From Lytechinus pictus (taxonomy: Eukaryota): DNA of 64,000 bases. Where the stretch lies: contig NC_087246.1 of assembly GCF_037042905.1 (NCBI RefSeq), forward strand, positions 5,086,001 through 5,150,000. Direction: 5' to 3'. Position numbers and translations under genes: made by a program. Positions 39,063-52,110 of this stretch are shown in pieces. Under the pieces are notes generated by a model, which saw only the letters and a list, made by a program, of their open reading frames with translations, had not been told where the DNA came from and did no database searches. Positions within the stretch are counted from its first letter, which is position 1; each line of letters begins with the position of its first letter.

Positions 39063-41202
39063 ACGTGCTGCACCTGTTTGATTCCCTAATTACCTTTCAA
39101 ACCCCCTAGTTTTTGAAAATCGAATATCGAATATTGGGCCAACTTCACATGCGTTTGAATATCGAACCTGAATATCAAACCAACTTCACAGTTTGAATAT
39201 CGAATATCGAATATCAAACCAACTTCATGCCGGTGAGCTAGCTCCGTGCATTGAGATCACAGATATTATACAGATCCAGTGATCCAGTGTATAGGAAATT
39301 ACGCAATGCAATCGTCATGATCGTTAGGAGCTGAGGGGTGGGGATGAAATGGTGGGGGGCGGGGGATGAGCGAGTGTCGTGTAGCTGCCTTTCTTAAACT
39401 ACACGTGGAAATTCTTAATTGCTTAGTTCGAACACGCTAATTGAAGACTCAAACAACGGCTTTACAGTTACTTGTCTGTTTATTCCTTCTTCAACTTCTT
39501 CCGTAATAATGACGACACATAAATCAACAACTTGACATCAAATACGGCCTTGTAATGAAGTTTCTAGGTCGACATAACCAACGACCAGCGAAGAAACCTT
39601 TAACCAGCATCAACTGTCAACAACCAGTACTTCAACAATTGCACGACGATTGAGCGATTGAGCGATTGAGCGGTAATTAAGCGGTAATTGAGCGGTAATT
39701 GAGCGATTGAGCGATTGAGCGGTTCGCTGAATAAACAAATAAACATATAAACACAGTGTTAATATTCATTTGCCAACAGTAACATAATTCAAACATGACT
39801 GAATAACTTGTAAATAACTTCTTATATACCCACAGGGAATAAGTCTCAATGATACTAATGCAATATACAACGGTCAAGGATATTAACGTGATTAAAGGAA
39901 ACCTCAATAATTGATCATATTATTTGAGTTGAATAATTGATTGGTAAAAAATAATAAATTGGTAATCAATAACTGTAATCAATATCAGATTAAATCTGAA
40001 TATGTGCAATATAAACTCATTATCTTGTTGGCCTAATAATTGTAATTATAGTTAATAAACATCTTCATCCCTTTAATGCCCTTATTATCTTAAAGCAAAT
40101 AATACTGAAATAAATATAGGCAAACAGAAAATATATAACAGACACTTACTAATAACTGGTTAAATAATAATAAACCATGATGAATCATAATATATGTGAT
40201 TCCTAAACTAAACCAAACAGTACTTAGATATGTTTATAATAACATAATATAGTAATAGAGTAATAACCCAATGATCTCATGCCTAAGCTAGAAGACCCTA
40301 CCACCCTACACAATATATAACACCAGTTGACTACTTACAACTAAATGAAGTGAGCATTATATATCACTCTCAAAAAAATAAATGCAATACAATCTTCTTG
40401 TATAATCAAAGAATAAGTTTATGTGAACATAATAGCACACAATAATACGAAGCATACTGATCTTTATAACATATTAATAATAATTAAATCTGACTGAACA
40501 CCAATCACTTTCTATCGGTCTGTGTGTACAAGTATACATTATGAAGTAATGCTCGATAGAGAGCAAAATGCCAAATTCCATCACTCAAATTTGAGCCAAA
40601 ATTACATAAATGTGAATGACTTATGAAACCCAGTATTATGGAATAATTGACAGCACATATATAAACTTTGAAAATAATGCAATTTAAACTTACCAACTGT
40701 TTGCAATCCTGGAGAATTTCACAATTTATAGGAATAAATATAATTTCTTGACTATCTTCTTCTGAATCTTTGCAACTTCTGAATCTTACTTTCTTTGTTC
40801 TATACTTTGGGTGATGCTTCACCCATATGACTCATCTTCTCCTGGACTTCTTGGAATCAAGGAGCACAATAAGCAATGCGCTGTGTACAATCTTGCATTG
40901 ACATTTTTTACTTTCTTTTTCCACTGACTCTGTATACAAGATACATGCATGTAAACAGTACATAATAATGGCAAATATACCAAATTATATTCATGCCGCT
41001 ACATACAGTATGTATCACTTCTCATAATGAGCGTATCAAAATCAATTTGAAATGCAGTTTCAAATCAGTTTTATTTTGTACTATGACAATATTTGAGAGG
41101 CGCGCCCCTATAAGCTCTCACAATAAACAGGCCTATAGGCCCCCTCATACTGAGTTTTGCAAATGTATTGCTGTATACACATGCATGCGTGACCAAATTA
41201 TA

Positions 41203-41627
41203 CATGGGCAGAAATCCCAGGGGGACGCATCCCCCAACCAAAATAGTAGGGGGGGGGACAGATAGGCGGCGGAAGCGGGGGGGGGGGCGGGGGGGGGGGG
41301 GACCTGCCCCCCCCCTAAATTTGAGGTGGGGGGACGATCCCCCCTAAAATTTTGGTTGATTTTTTTGGCTTCCGCCGCCATTGGGGTGGACACAATATCA
41401 AATGTCCCCCTACGTCTTTTATGAATATGATCGATGCAGAAATAAAATACATCATTCACAACCGAAATAATACATGTATTGGACTAAATGACCTTACATT
41501 TTGGTGAAAACCTTTTTTTTTTCTTCTTCTTTTTTTGTGTGTTTGATTGTCTATTTTGGGGGGTTAACTAGAATGACCTTAAAATGCCCATGGTCCCCCT
41601 ACCTTTTGGGATCGATTTCCGCCCATG
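41203..41627. mobile_element. Short TIR element nested in another repeat
   Basis: CATGGGCAGAAATC / GATTTCCGCCCATG ends; the host repeat (CATGCGTGACCAAATTA...TTTTCGCGGGCTTT) has an uninterrupted relative at ~52550-52740. Confidence 0.55.
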
Positions 41628-42130
41628 CCCCCTAAATGAGTTTTTCGCGGGCTTTAATTATTTACACAATTTGCCCTGTCCTAAATAACTTGAGTTGTCG
41701 CCAATTATACCCCGTACTAGTTTTGTATGAGTCGAGAACCCGAACATTTTTCAGAAACAAGGAGGAAAAGGCTCCGCGAGGAAAAAGCTTGTGGGAAAAA
41801 CTTACCCTAAACCCGTTTGGCTATAGCCTTTAAAAAAAAGGGAGAAAAATACCCTAAGTATACGGTTGACCCCGCAATTGACATTGACCAGTCTTTGAAA
41901 ACCACCCTTTTTCTTGAAAATCGGTGGAATTCTGGTAGGCGTGGCAAAATGGAGAAATGTAAACAAAACGCCCTACATTAATTTCAGTGAAATCCCCCTT
42001 TTGATTTTTTTTTCTTTGCTTGTCAAATTTATCGGGACCAAAATGACCTATATTTTTTAGTGACCCCCCCCCTCGAATAAGGGTTAATCGGAGTGTACCA
42101 ATCGATTCTTGTCATTAAGATTTAGGTGGA

Positions 42131-42335
42131 GGTGCCGTGGCCGAGTGGTCTAAGGCGCCTGGCTATACATGAAAAAGTCCTGGGTTCGATCCCCGGCCGT
42201 GGCAGCTATATGCCCGTGAGCAAGGCATTAAGCCTATAATGCTCTTTTATCCTGCTTTCAAATAAATTGAAATGCTATATGCATTAATGTATATATCTCT
42301 ATGATTATTGGTAACTAGGTGTGAACTTGTTTAAA
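42131..42335 (+). mobile_element. tRNA-derived SINE
   Basis: A-box TGGCCGAGTGG and B-box GGTTCGATCCC, followed by the SINE-body-like TGCCCGTGAGCAAGGCA and an A/T-rich tail. Confidence 0.7.
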
Positions 42336-42674
42336 AAAATATATATAGAGAGAGTAGGCATTAAGGGGAGGGTGCTCTTATACCTGAAGACGGGGGGATG
42401 GGAGGTAGAACTGATCACCCTTTTTTAATTATTTTTTTTCTCTTGTCATTTTAATACATCTTGTTAATATTTCATGTTGTAATTGTTGAAACGCATCAGT
42501 ATTAATTTCTAGTATCTTTGAAGTTTGATGTATAATTTGTATAATTATATGGGATATGGATTTATTGTATAATTTATCATCTTGTTTCAAATAATTTGTG
42601 AAACTTGTATATGGAATGCGAATGTGTGTTTTGATTTGAGAGAATACAATAAAACATCCTTTAAGAAAAAGATG

Positions 42675-43010
42675 AATAAAGGCACAGAGAGTTATGTGGA
42701 TTAAAACGCTAAAAGAAAATGGAAACAATATTTTGATTATGCCACAAAGTACCTGGGAGGAAATCCTATATTTTCTTGAGATTACTTAATTGCTTGCATT
42801 GATGGAGATATCATTGCCGCAATTTTATATAGACTTGTTATAGAAGTATGGATGGATATGAATGACTTTCGATTCAAATTTGAAACGATAATTCGATATT
42901 TTGAACAATAAATATGTACGAATTGAAATGCATATTTGAACAAAATTCATTAGCACAAAATATTTACAGATTAAAACATATTATGGATTATGATGGAAAC
43001 TTATAAGATA
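42675..43010 (+). mobile_element. Degraded L1/Tx1-type ORF2 fragment
   Basis: Frameshifted peptides IKAQRVMWIKTL, WKQYFDYATKYLGGNPIF, LPQFYIDLL, ILNNKYVRI and NIYRLKHIMDYDGNL occur in the order expected after the RT domain. Confidence 0.55.
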
Positions 43011-43439
43011 ATTTTCATATTTCCAAGGACAGGGATTAAACATAAATTAATTTCAATTGATAGAGACAATTTATAAAACTATTCCAGTCAGCAGGAAATT
43101 TGAAAATAGTTAATAAAGAGGCTTCTCTTAGGGAAGAAATATCGTTTATATATTTATATCTGGAATTTTTTTAAAATCAATATATGAGTTACTATATATA
43201 TTTTAAAAAAAATTTGCAAATTTTATGATATTTAACGTCGCAATACCTGATATTTTCTGTTTCTGTTTCTGGTAACTCCCGTAGGAATTCGGCAGGATAG
43301 CATTTTTTGCTGGTAAACGCCAAGCTGGTATATAACCAATTACCTATAGGAAACATTTTACGTCTTGGTTAGTGGCTGACATTATCGACAGATATTACTA
43401 TATTTTTTTTATTGGGCCATTTTTTCAAAGTGGAGACAA

Positions 43440-43512
43440 TGGCAGAGTGGGGATTCGAACTCACAACCTTGCGATTATGAGTCCAATGTTCTAACCACTG
43501 GACCACACGACC
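43440..43512 (-). pseudogene. tRNA-like sequence (SINE head or tRNA pseudogene; loop reads CAT)
   Basis: Minus strand GGTCGTGTGGTCCAGTGGTTAGAACATTGGACTCATAATCGCAAGGTTGTGAGTTCGAATCCCCACTCTGCCA; A and B boxes present, acceptor stem poorly paired. Confidence 0.6.
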
Positions 43513-43514
43513 AG

Positions 43515-44020
43515 CGCCCCCTATAGGTAGGACATCAATTGCCCCCCCCCCCCCATGTCGAACATCAATTTGGCGCCCCTAGGTCGAACATCAATTCAGT
43601 GCCCCCTCAGTTGAAAATCATTTCGGCGTCCCCGTACATGTCGAACATCAATTCGGCGCTTCTATGTCGAACTTCTATTCGATGCCCCCTCCCCTATAGG
43701 TTGAACATCAATTCGGCACCCCTATATATGTCGAACACCAATTCGGCGCCCCTAGGTCGGACATCAACTCGGCGCCCCTAGGTCGAACATCTTGTCAGCG
43801 CCCCCTCGGTTGAAAATCATTTTGGTGTCCCCCTATGTCGAACATCAATTCGGCGCTCCTATGTCGAACTTCAATTCGATGCCCCCCTCCCCTAGGTTAA
43901 TTTGAACATAATTCGGCGCCCCTATGTCGAACACCATTTCGGCGCCCCTATAGATTGGACATCAAGGCGCCCCCTATATTGAACTTCCATTCGGTGCCCC
44001 AAGGTCGAATATCAATTTTG
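43515..44020. repeat. ~26-30-bp minisatellite (GTCGAACATCAATTCGGCGCCCCTA), ~18 units
   Basis: Direct reading. Confidence 0.85.
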
Positions 44021-44272
44021 GCACGTCCATTCTTTATCACATAAACTACAAGCCAGTATTTAAAACAAAATATGTAAGGGCTTCATTGCCGAGATCGAGG
44101 TCATTTTGTTGAAGGAATAATTTTACAAGCAAAACATGAAAAAAAAAATCCTCACTTGCAAAGACATGACATATTTCCCTAAAAATATTCCTAGGCCACG
44201 GATCATGATCCGCCACTGTTCCCGGGCACTGTTCCTGGGTAGTGTCGCAAATATGCCTCTCAGACTGCGCAA

Positions 44273-44808
44273 TTAAGACTTAGTCCACCTCAACAAAAAG
44301 TTGACTTGAATAAAAAGAGAAAAATCCAACAAGCATAACACTATAAATTTAATGAAAATCGGATGTGAAATAATATTATTATACACGGGTCGCATATGCA
44401 AATGAGGTGACTGACGGCATCATCCAATCACTATTTCTTTTGTTTATCATTATATGAAAGATAAGATATTCTATTTTTTCCTCATTACTATGTGAAACAA
44501 CATTTTATTCCTCCCTGAAGTTGAGGCATACCATTGTTTTAACGTTTTTTATAAAGTGGTTAAGTCAAATTGGCATTCTTGTCAAACCGTGTAAAAAATG
44601 AAACATTGTATGATTCAAACAATAAAAGAAGAAAAGAAATAGTGAAAGATGGACATTATCGATTCTCTCGATCATCGAAAAATAAGCGAAACTTTAAAAT
44701 GTCATAATAATTTTTTTAGCATCCGATTTTGATGACATTTTCAGCGTCATTCTTTGATTTTTCTATATTGATTCGAAACAACATTTGGGTGGACTTAGTA
44801 ACCTTTAA
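44273..44808. mobile_element. Degenerate palindromic MITE with TTAA-like flanks
   Basis: AGTCCACC / GGTGGACT ends and inverted AAAATCGGATG / CATCCGATTTT blocks. Confidence 0.6.
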
Positions 44809-47706
44809 TTATGTAAAACGACGCGGCAGATCACTCCTTTTATCATTGTTATCACAAGTCCACCCCAGAATATTGATTTGAATCAAACGATCATTTTAAC
44901 GCTGCCAATTTAATCAAAATCGGATGTAAAATAAGAAAGTTATGACATTTTCAAGTTTCGCTTGTTTGTCACAAAACAGTTATATTTACAACTCAGTTTT
45001 ATGCAAATGACAAAGGCGGTGATCAGGGGCGTAACAGGGCTCGCTGGCCAGGGGGGGGGGGGGGGGGGCAAGAGCCAAAAAATTCCACGTCATATCATGG
45101 TATGAACAGGATTTTTTTTTATGGCTAAGCTCAATGCGTGATAAGTACAAAAAAGAGGGGGCACAGCATGGCGCGCACAGCGCAAATTAGCTTCATATAA
45201 GTCCCGAGCGAGCGAAGTGAGCGAGAAAAAGAAATCACCTTTTCATGAGAATCTAATTTTGAGATTGATTTTGACATGATATTCAGAAAATAAAATCATA
45301 TCTTACATCTTTCTTTCCTTTCCTTTTCTTTCATCTTTTCTTTTTTTCTCGGTTGTAGAACTTTTGGGGGCCAGTGCTATGCAGATCGGGTCTGGGGCAA
45401 TGGCGCCACCAGGATTTTTAACTCGGGGGAGGCAAAAGAACATTAGGGGGCGGGGCAATACACAAATATTTTGCCTATTTCTCAAAATTGAGCAAGAAGC
45501 TCGAGACTTAAAAAGGAACCTTTTAAGGACTAGCTGTTTGCGTTTGGTCATGAAGATGGATCTCACCAAATAAAAAAAAATTGATATCCTGGGACGATGA
45601 CTGGACGTTCTAAGCACTTTTAGTAATCATGAACTGGAAGGCTACCTATAATTTATAAATAATTAATGCGAGCGCGTAGCGTGAGCTGAAATTTTTTTTA
45701 ATAATGAAAATTATGAATACGCAGGATGTGTATATCGCCAGGGCCGTAGCCAGAAGCATTTTGTTGGGGGGGGGTGTACCAGCTAAATTTGCCAACTAAA
45801 TTTGGCGTGACAGCGCCAACGTGAGCACAGGGGGAGGGGAGTCTGATGGGGGATGCTAAAAGATTTTGAATTTTTAGAATTGAATTAGTGGCATTTGGTG
45901 AATACTTTAAGGTAAATTATACAAAGATATACAAAGATATTTGCACTTTAAAAATAAACATTTTGGATCAAAATAGAAAGGCTAGTGTGCCGTAGTTGCT
46001 AACTTGCAGTATAATGATATGCCCTATGCATTAATAATATCAAAATCAAAGATTTGTTAATTTTTAATTGACCTTCTGTGCAAGATGTCTCAACTAAAAT
46101 TTCAAGAGTGCTACTGCTAACAGTGGCGTACCGTGGGTCACGGCATGGGGGGGGGGGGCACCAGCAAAATTTTAGAGTCTTTAAGTGGGCGCGCGAAGCG
46201 CGCTCAATTGCCAGGTATACTGACCTGATAGGGACATTTTAAGGACTGTGCCATTAAAAGGATATGTATCTTAGTGATCAAATAATGCGAGCGCAAAGCG
46301 CGAGCTGAAAATGTTTAATATTCAGTCCTAAAAAGGGACATAATAAGCAAAGTTTTGTAATCATGATACGTACCTGTCTTACAAAACAAACAATGCGAGC
46401 GCGAAGCGCGTGCTGAAATTTTTTGTATAACTTAACCCTAAAAAGGGACATTTTCAGGACTATCTTTTGGAATTTATGAAGTGCGTACGTATCTCATCAT
46501 AGTCATCTAATGCGAGCGCCAAGCGTTTGCTGATTTTGTTAGAATTACACTGGCACATGAAGCACTTTTTGTGGTCATTGTAATCATGAACATGATACGT
46601 ATTTCACTAATGAAATATTGCGGGCGAGAAGCGCGAGCTGACAATTTTTGAAATTCAGACCTGAAGAGGGGCATTCTATGGCTTGTTTGTAGGAATTTAC
46701 TATTTCACTAATTAAGTGATGCGAGCGCGAAGCGCGAGCTGAAAATTTGTTATAATTAGATCAGAAAAAGGGACATTTTAAGGACTGTCTTTAGGAATTC
46801 GTGCACTGCAAAAACGCCGGTGTTGATTTAACACCAGCCCGGTATCTATATCGGTCCACACCAATGCGAACGTAAGCACAGACTAGAAATGTTTTATTAA
46901 GGCCTTAAAAGGGGGCAATCACTTTAAGTATATAGTCATGAAAAAAGCATATGTCACTACATAAAACAATGATAACTTGAAGTGCAAGGAGATAGTTTGG
47001 TGCATAATCGTTATGGGCTTAAAATACAACAGGACTATATATCTCATTAGTCAGACAATGCGAGCACCAGGAATGATGCAACCCCAACCTGCCCCCATAC
47101 CCACCCTAAGCACCTTCTGACACCATAAATTAAAACAAAAGTTTAGTAAAAATAACTTAGAACATTTTTGTGTTTTTTGCCAACTGCAAACTTGTAGACA
47201 AGTCTACAAGTTGTAGACTTGTCTTCATGAATTTGCCAACTGCAGAGTTACCAGTTTTTTTTAAGTCATGTGTTCTGTTCTTTTCAGATCTGAAACGGGG
47301 CAGTACTTGTACATCACTTTGCTGACTGGTAGAGCGTATGTTCTGCCACTTTAATAGGCCCACTTTATAATTTGCCAACTATACTTTGGCTTTGATTATT
47401 CAACTTAAACCTTGGAAATTAATCCCACCCAATATTTATGTAGCTAGTCTTGCCACTAATTTTACAAAACTAATGTGTTTGTTAAATCGTCAATAATTGT
47501 GGTATAATTTGCAAACTAACAAGCTTGTTCATATTGGGGGAGGACCGGGGGCTTACTTTGTGTGTTATTATAGCTCCATCTGTTTTGTACTTAGTATTTT
47601 GCTGACTAGTAGGGCTCTAAGCCTGGCTACATGGACTTGGATTTGCCAATTGGTTGTCTTTACTCTAAAAGTCGTAACCTTCTTCGAAGTTAGTACCCCT
47701 ATTTTT

Positions 47707-47847
<141 letters not shown>

Positions 47848-49484
47848 AATAAGACTTTCATTTCGTGGTCTCGTTTATCGAACTCACTCTCATTTAAAGG
47901 CAAGGTATTGATTGCAAACCAGCTCGCTGCATCAAAAATATTTCATGTTCTTGCAGTTCTTTCTCCTCCTGAAAATGTATTAAACGAACTTCAGAATTTA
48001 ATTGTGAATTTTATCTGGTCAAATAAGCGGCACTGGTTAAAGAAAGAAGTGTTGTATGAAAAACCTGACGAAGGAGGGCTGGGGCTAGCTTGTCTCCAAG
48101 CTCGTGTTCTAACTTACAGATTTTCGATTATTCAACGGTTTCTTTCGTTAAATTCTCATCCAGTAAATGACTTTATGGCTCATTTTCTGAGACAGTATTG
48201 TAAATTAGGATTTGATTACCATTTGTTCTTTACAAGAATTGATCCTAAGTTTTACACAAGTCTTCCAGTTTACTATAGTGAAGTTCTGCGAGCTTGGTTG
48301 ACATCTGGAGCTCGAATTGTGACACAATCCCTCTCTTTCAGCCATGCAATTAACATGCCCTTAAGTAGTTTTCATATTATTGATGCAATTGATGTTGATA
48401 ATTTTTTTCCGACGCGCCTGATGGCATGCGGAGTGAAACTAGTTCGCCATTTGATAAACCACTCAACCGGTCTTTGGATTGAGAGTAGCTGTCTCCAAAA
48501 GAACTTTCCAAGAGGACTTCGACAACCATCATCGCGTCTCATCGAACGTGAAACATTACTCATTCGAACTGCACTCTCTAAAGTTTTTCCTACATATTTT
48601 AATGACTCAGGCTGTCAACACGAATACTCTGATTTATTGTCTGTTCCAGTAACTCCGATCAACTTCACTCTGGCTTCTTCCGAAAATGGACTTACTGCTT
48701 CTTCTAAAGCCATCTACACAATCTACAGGAAAGAACTAGATAACACGACAATCTCATCAAGCTCACACTGGCATGACACTGGATTTCTCGATCCATCTAC
48801 AAAAGTGAACTGGCTATCTATCTATCAACTACCAACACCTAAAAAAGAGGCTGATATTCAATACAAACTCCTTCACAATATTTTACCGTCGCTCACTGTA
48901 CTCCATCATCTTAATACAGACATTTCTTCTTTTTGCGGATGGTGCGGAGAAGCAGGAACCATTCAACATCTGTTCATCGAATGTAAAGGAATTCAACCCC
49001 CTCTCAATCTTCTTCATAGACTGCTGAACAATCTCCTCCCCTCTCTCAAACTTAATTTTGACATGTACTGGGCACTCATTCCGCATGCCAGAGGGCGTGA
49101 CAGAAAGATTATCCGCCTTGCTAATTTCCTTATCATTAGTTTAAAAAGTACAATTTATTTTATGTACCGTACCTCAAATTTCACCGATCCACTTATAATT
49201 TGGTTACATCGTCTCAAAAACAGAATACTCTATGAATTTACTTATTACAAATTATGTTCTAATATTGATGCTTTTTCACGTAAATGGTGTATGAATAGAT
49301 TACTTTTTACAATTAACGAGGGCAGCATTGCATGGCTCATTTAAACATTTGATTTTATAACTCTGTGCTTGTAATCAACCTGATCTCATTTGAATGTTTA
49401 TGTCAAACTATTCTTTTATTATATACCTGACTTTTGTGATTATAATTTGTAAATAAAGTTTTCATTTGAAAAGTAAAAAAAAAG
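47848..49484 (+). mobile_element. 5'-truncated L1/Tx1-clade non-LTR retrotransposon (ORF2 C-terminal part with CCHC zinc finger, 3'UTR, A-tail)
   Basis: Open frame to 49344: LSFKGKVLIANQL..., FIWSNKRHW...EGGLGL, CGWCGEAGTIQHLFIEC; AATAAA at ~49452 and an A-rich tail at ~49469-49483; flanked on both sides by (TTTC)n. Confidence 0.9.
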
Positions 49485-49602
<118 letters not shown>

Positions 49603-51119
49603 CCTGCTATAAAACAAGTAATGAAAACTCTAATCGCGAGAAGCATATTGACTTGAACATTGGATTTTTAAGCCCCATGTGAACAAATAATTTACGTATC
49701 TCAGTTTATAGTTACTGTGAGCGCGTAGCGCAAGCGACATTTTGAATTTTATATAATGACCTGAAAGAAAAAAAATTGTTGGGAGCTAATAGTGAATGGA
49801 TGAGAAAAAATTAAAGAACGAAAAAGCTGTTTTGGAGCAATTAACAGCTTTAGTAGGATGCTTATGACAACATTTACTATACATTTTGTTTTTATTTTTT
49901 CAAAATTCCGGGGGTGGGGCCAACTCACTGGGGGTAAATGCCCCCATGCCCCCCTTGGTGCCGCCACTGGTCCGGGGCGGAGCCCCCGGAACCTCGTGTT
50001 ATTTTTAAACATTGCCGATGGCCACTGTTTTATCAAATCGCGGGTACATAATACACAACACATTAAACATGTTAAATATTGAACGCAGGAAGTTGAGGAT
50101 ATTAAACGAAATACTTTGTAAAAGTCGCCAGCGAGCGAAGCGAGCCAGAAAAGTTTGGCCTTTCAAAATTATTTTGAAATCAAATTCTACTTATGTGATA
50201 TAGCTTTGGAAATTTAGCCAGAGTAAACATTAAGAGGCTTTTGACAGTAAATCTTGCCAGCGAAAAGCTTGACTTAGGTTAATGGACCCAATATACAATG
50301 AGATAGTTTATATAACCCCTAAGGATTTTTGTCCTCGACGTCAGTGCGACCATTATTGCATAAAATTCAGCAAGCTTATAATAGACGCCATCCATCGTTA
50401 TTAAGTTCTTCTCTTTTTTTCTTTTCCCTTTTCTTCATAATTTTTATTCTGATTTTCCAATTTAGCTTTTGGCTCTACCTTCATTTCCCGTTTTTGCCTC
50501 TTTTTCCAATTTTCCCGCCGCCATTCTTGCATGCCCGTGCCATTGAGTCATATCTTTTGATTTAATATCCCTCTCTTAATTGCTAATCATGCTAATATAT
50601 TAATATTTCAGGATATTTTGTACTTCCTCACATGTTCTTCTTTCCTTCCTTTTCCCGCTTTCCTTCCATTTTCCTATTTATGTTCTTTCTTTCTTTCCCT
50701 TTCTTTTCGTTTTCCCTTTTCTTTTCCATTTTCCCCTTTCCTCTCAGTTTTTCTTTCTTTCTTTTCCTTTCCCTTACTCTCTTTCTCCCTTTCCCGTGTT
50801 TTTTTATTTTCCCGGTGAAATCCGCCAGGGGTCAGCTTGCCCGGCCACCATGCCCCCCACCTATAGACGCCACTGCGGTGATTTCCTAGCTCACTCGATC
50901 ACTGTTTCTTTTGTTCCGAAGTGACAATTAAGAAGGACCAACTTGACTTAAACCCTAAACTGTTAAAATAATATAGTAATTCCACATGTTCAAGGAGGAA
51001 TAAAATTTTGTTTCACGTGACATGGAGGAAAAAATAGAATTTTTCATACTTCATAAAATACAAATAGAAATAGCGAGTGCATGAGTGATGTCAACGGTCT
51101 GCTAATGCATATACCGACC

Positions 51120-52110
51120 TAGCCTCTTGTCGAGGCCCTGGCGGCTGCTTCCCGAGCGAAGCGAGGGATTCCCTAATTCGCGAAGCGAATTAGGCCTGGC
51201 GCAAGCCAGGGCCTCTTGACATCTGAACTGAATTATATATTCATGAGGAACGTCTTCCTAATGAATATACATGAGTCATGATATTACTGGTCACCGAGTA
51301 AACCAATGAAATGTCAGGGGAGTGTTTCATCAACATTTTCATCCGACAAGTTGTCAGATCTGACATCTTTCTCTGATGTTGATTGGCTGAGAGGTACTGT
51401 TACTATGGTAACTGTCGGATAAAATGGGACTTGTCGGATAAAACGTCCGACAAGTCCTTTCATGAAACGCTCTCCAGAGCTGTTTCGTTTTGGGTTCGGA
51501 ATACTATATAGTATAGTAGTCCATTATTCTGCAGGGGATTCATTTAATTGCGGGACACTAAAGGGGATATAACCTGCAAAATGTTACAAGTAGTGGTACT
51601 ACTACTACTACTACTACTACTACTGGCCGTAACAGACCCATCACCGCCCCGAAACTTCCCGGGAGATACTGCTCAGCCGCTGGTCAGACTCGAGTCAACT
51701 CCCAGCAACTCCACCCCAGCTTCCCTCACTGCACTGCACAGCGGAGATCGATAATCGACGCCCCGGTTCGACCGGTGGAATCGCATGAAAGATAACATTT
51801 CTTCCATATCCTGTGGGTAGATTTACAAAATCATCTCGTCCTTTCAGTGCAGAGTTAATTTTATCGACTTGCAAATCCTTAAATCGGTCAATATTCAGCA
51901 TTTTAGAGGCATATTCAATGCTCTTTGATATTTCGTCGTCATTCTTTGCCAAGAATCCACGGGTCGCCATTCAAGATGAGCTCATGAATATTCAATATGA
52001 CGTCATAGCAGCCCGCGCTCTCATTGGATGATTTTCACCGACCAGCTTTTGGTCGGTGAATTGGTAAAAACAATAAAAAACAAAAGAAAGTCGGTGAAGT
52101 TCGGGTCAGA
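51120..52110. mobile_element. Academ(H)-like DNA transposon relic carrying a RecQ-type helicase fragment
   Basis: Begins TAGCCT; flanked by the 9-bp direct repeat ATACCGACC (51111-51119, 52111-52119); a right-hand TIR is not recognisable. Confidence 0.5.
51775..51970 (-). pseudogene. RecQ-like SF2 helicase N-terminal fragment (motif 0 / Walker A region)
   Basis: LNIDRFKDLQVDKINSALKGRDDFVNLPTGYGRNVIFHAIP resembles the RecQ consensus F..Q...I...L.GRD.FV..PTG.GKSL.FQ.P; the catalytic Lys-Ser reads Arg-Asn and the similarity stops abruptly. Confidence 0.7.

Larger units (their letters stand above)
20592..39234. mobile_element. Giant non-autonomous foldback-type transposon (18,643 bp) with satellite arms and a 9-bp TSD
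   Basis: Left end ACCGGCATGAAGTTGG...; right end ...CCAACTTCATGCCGGT; inverted similarity continues ~180 bp and then through the 195-bp arrays; direct repeat GAGCTAGCT at 20583-20591 and 39235-39243. Confidence 0.9.

Noticed and set aside
40505..40860. Minus-strand ORF or exon-like segment with a GTAAGT donor at ~40690
   Set aside because: No recognisable protein similarity and no consistent partner exons; it cannot be supported without transcripts.
43440..43512. Functional tRNA-Met gene
   Set aside because: Acceptor and anticodon stems pair poorly; better explained as a SINE head or pseudogene. tRNAscan-SE would settle it.
46803..46870. CACTGCAAAAA-type (EnSpm-like) terminus
   Set aside because: Only one end is visible, with no matching TIR or TSD, so no element could be delimited.
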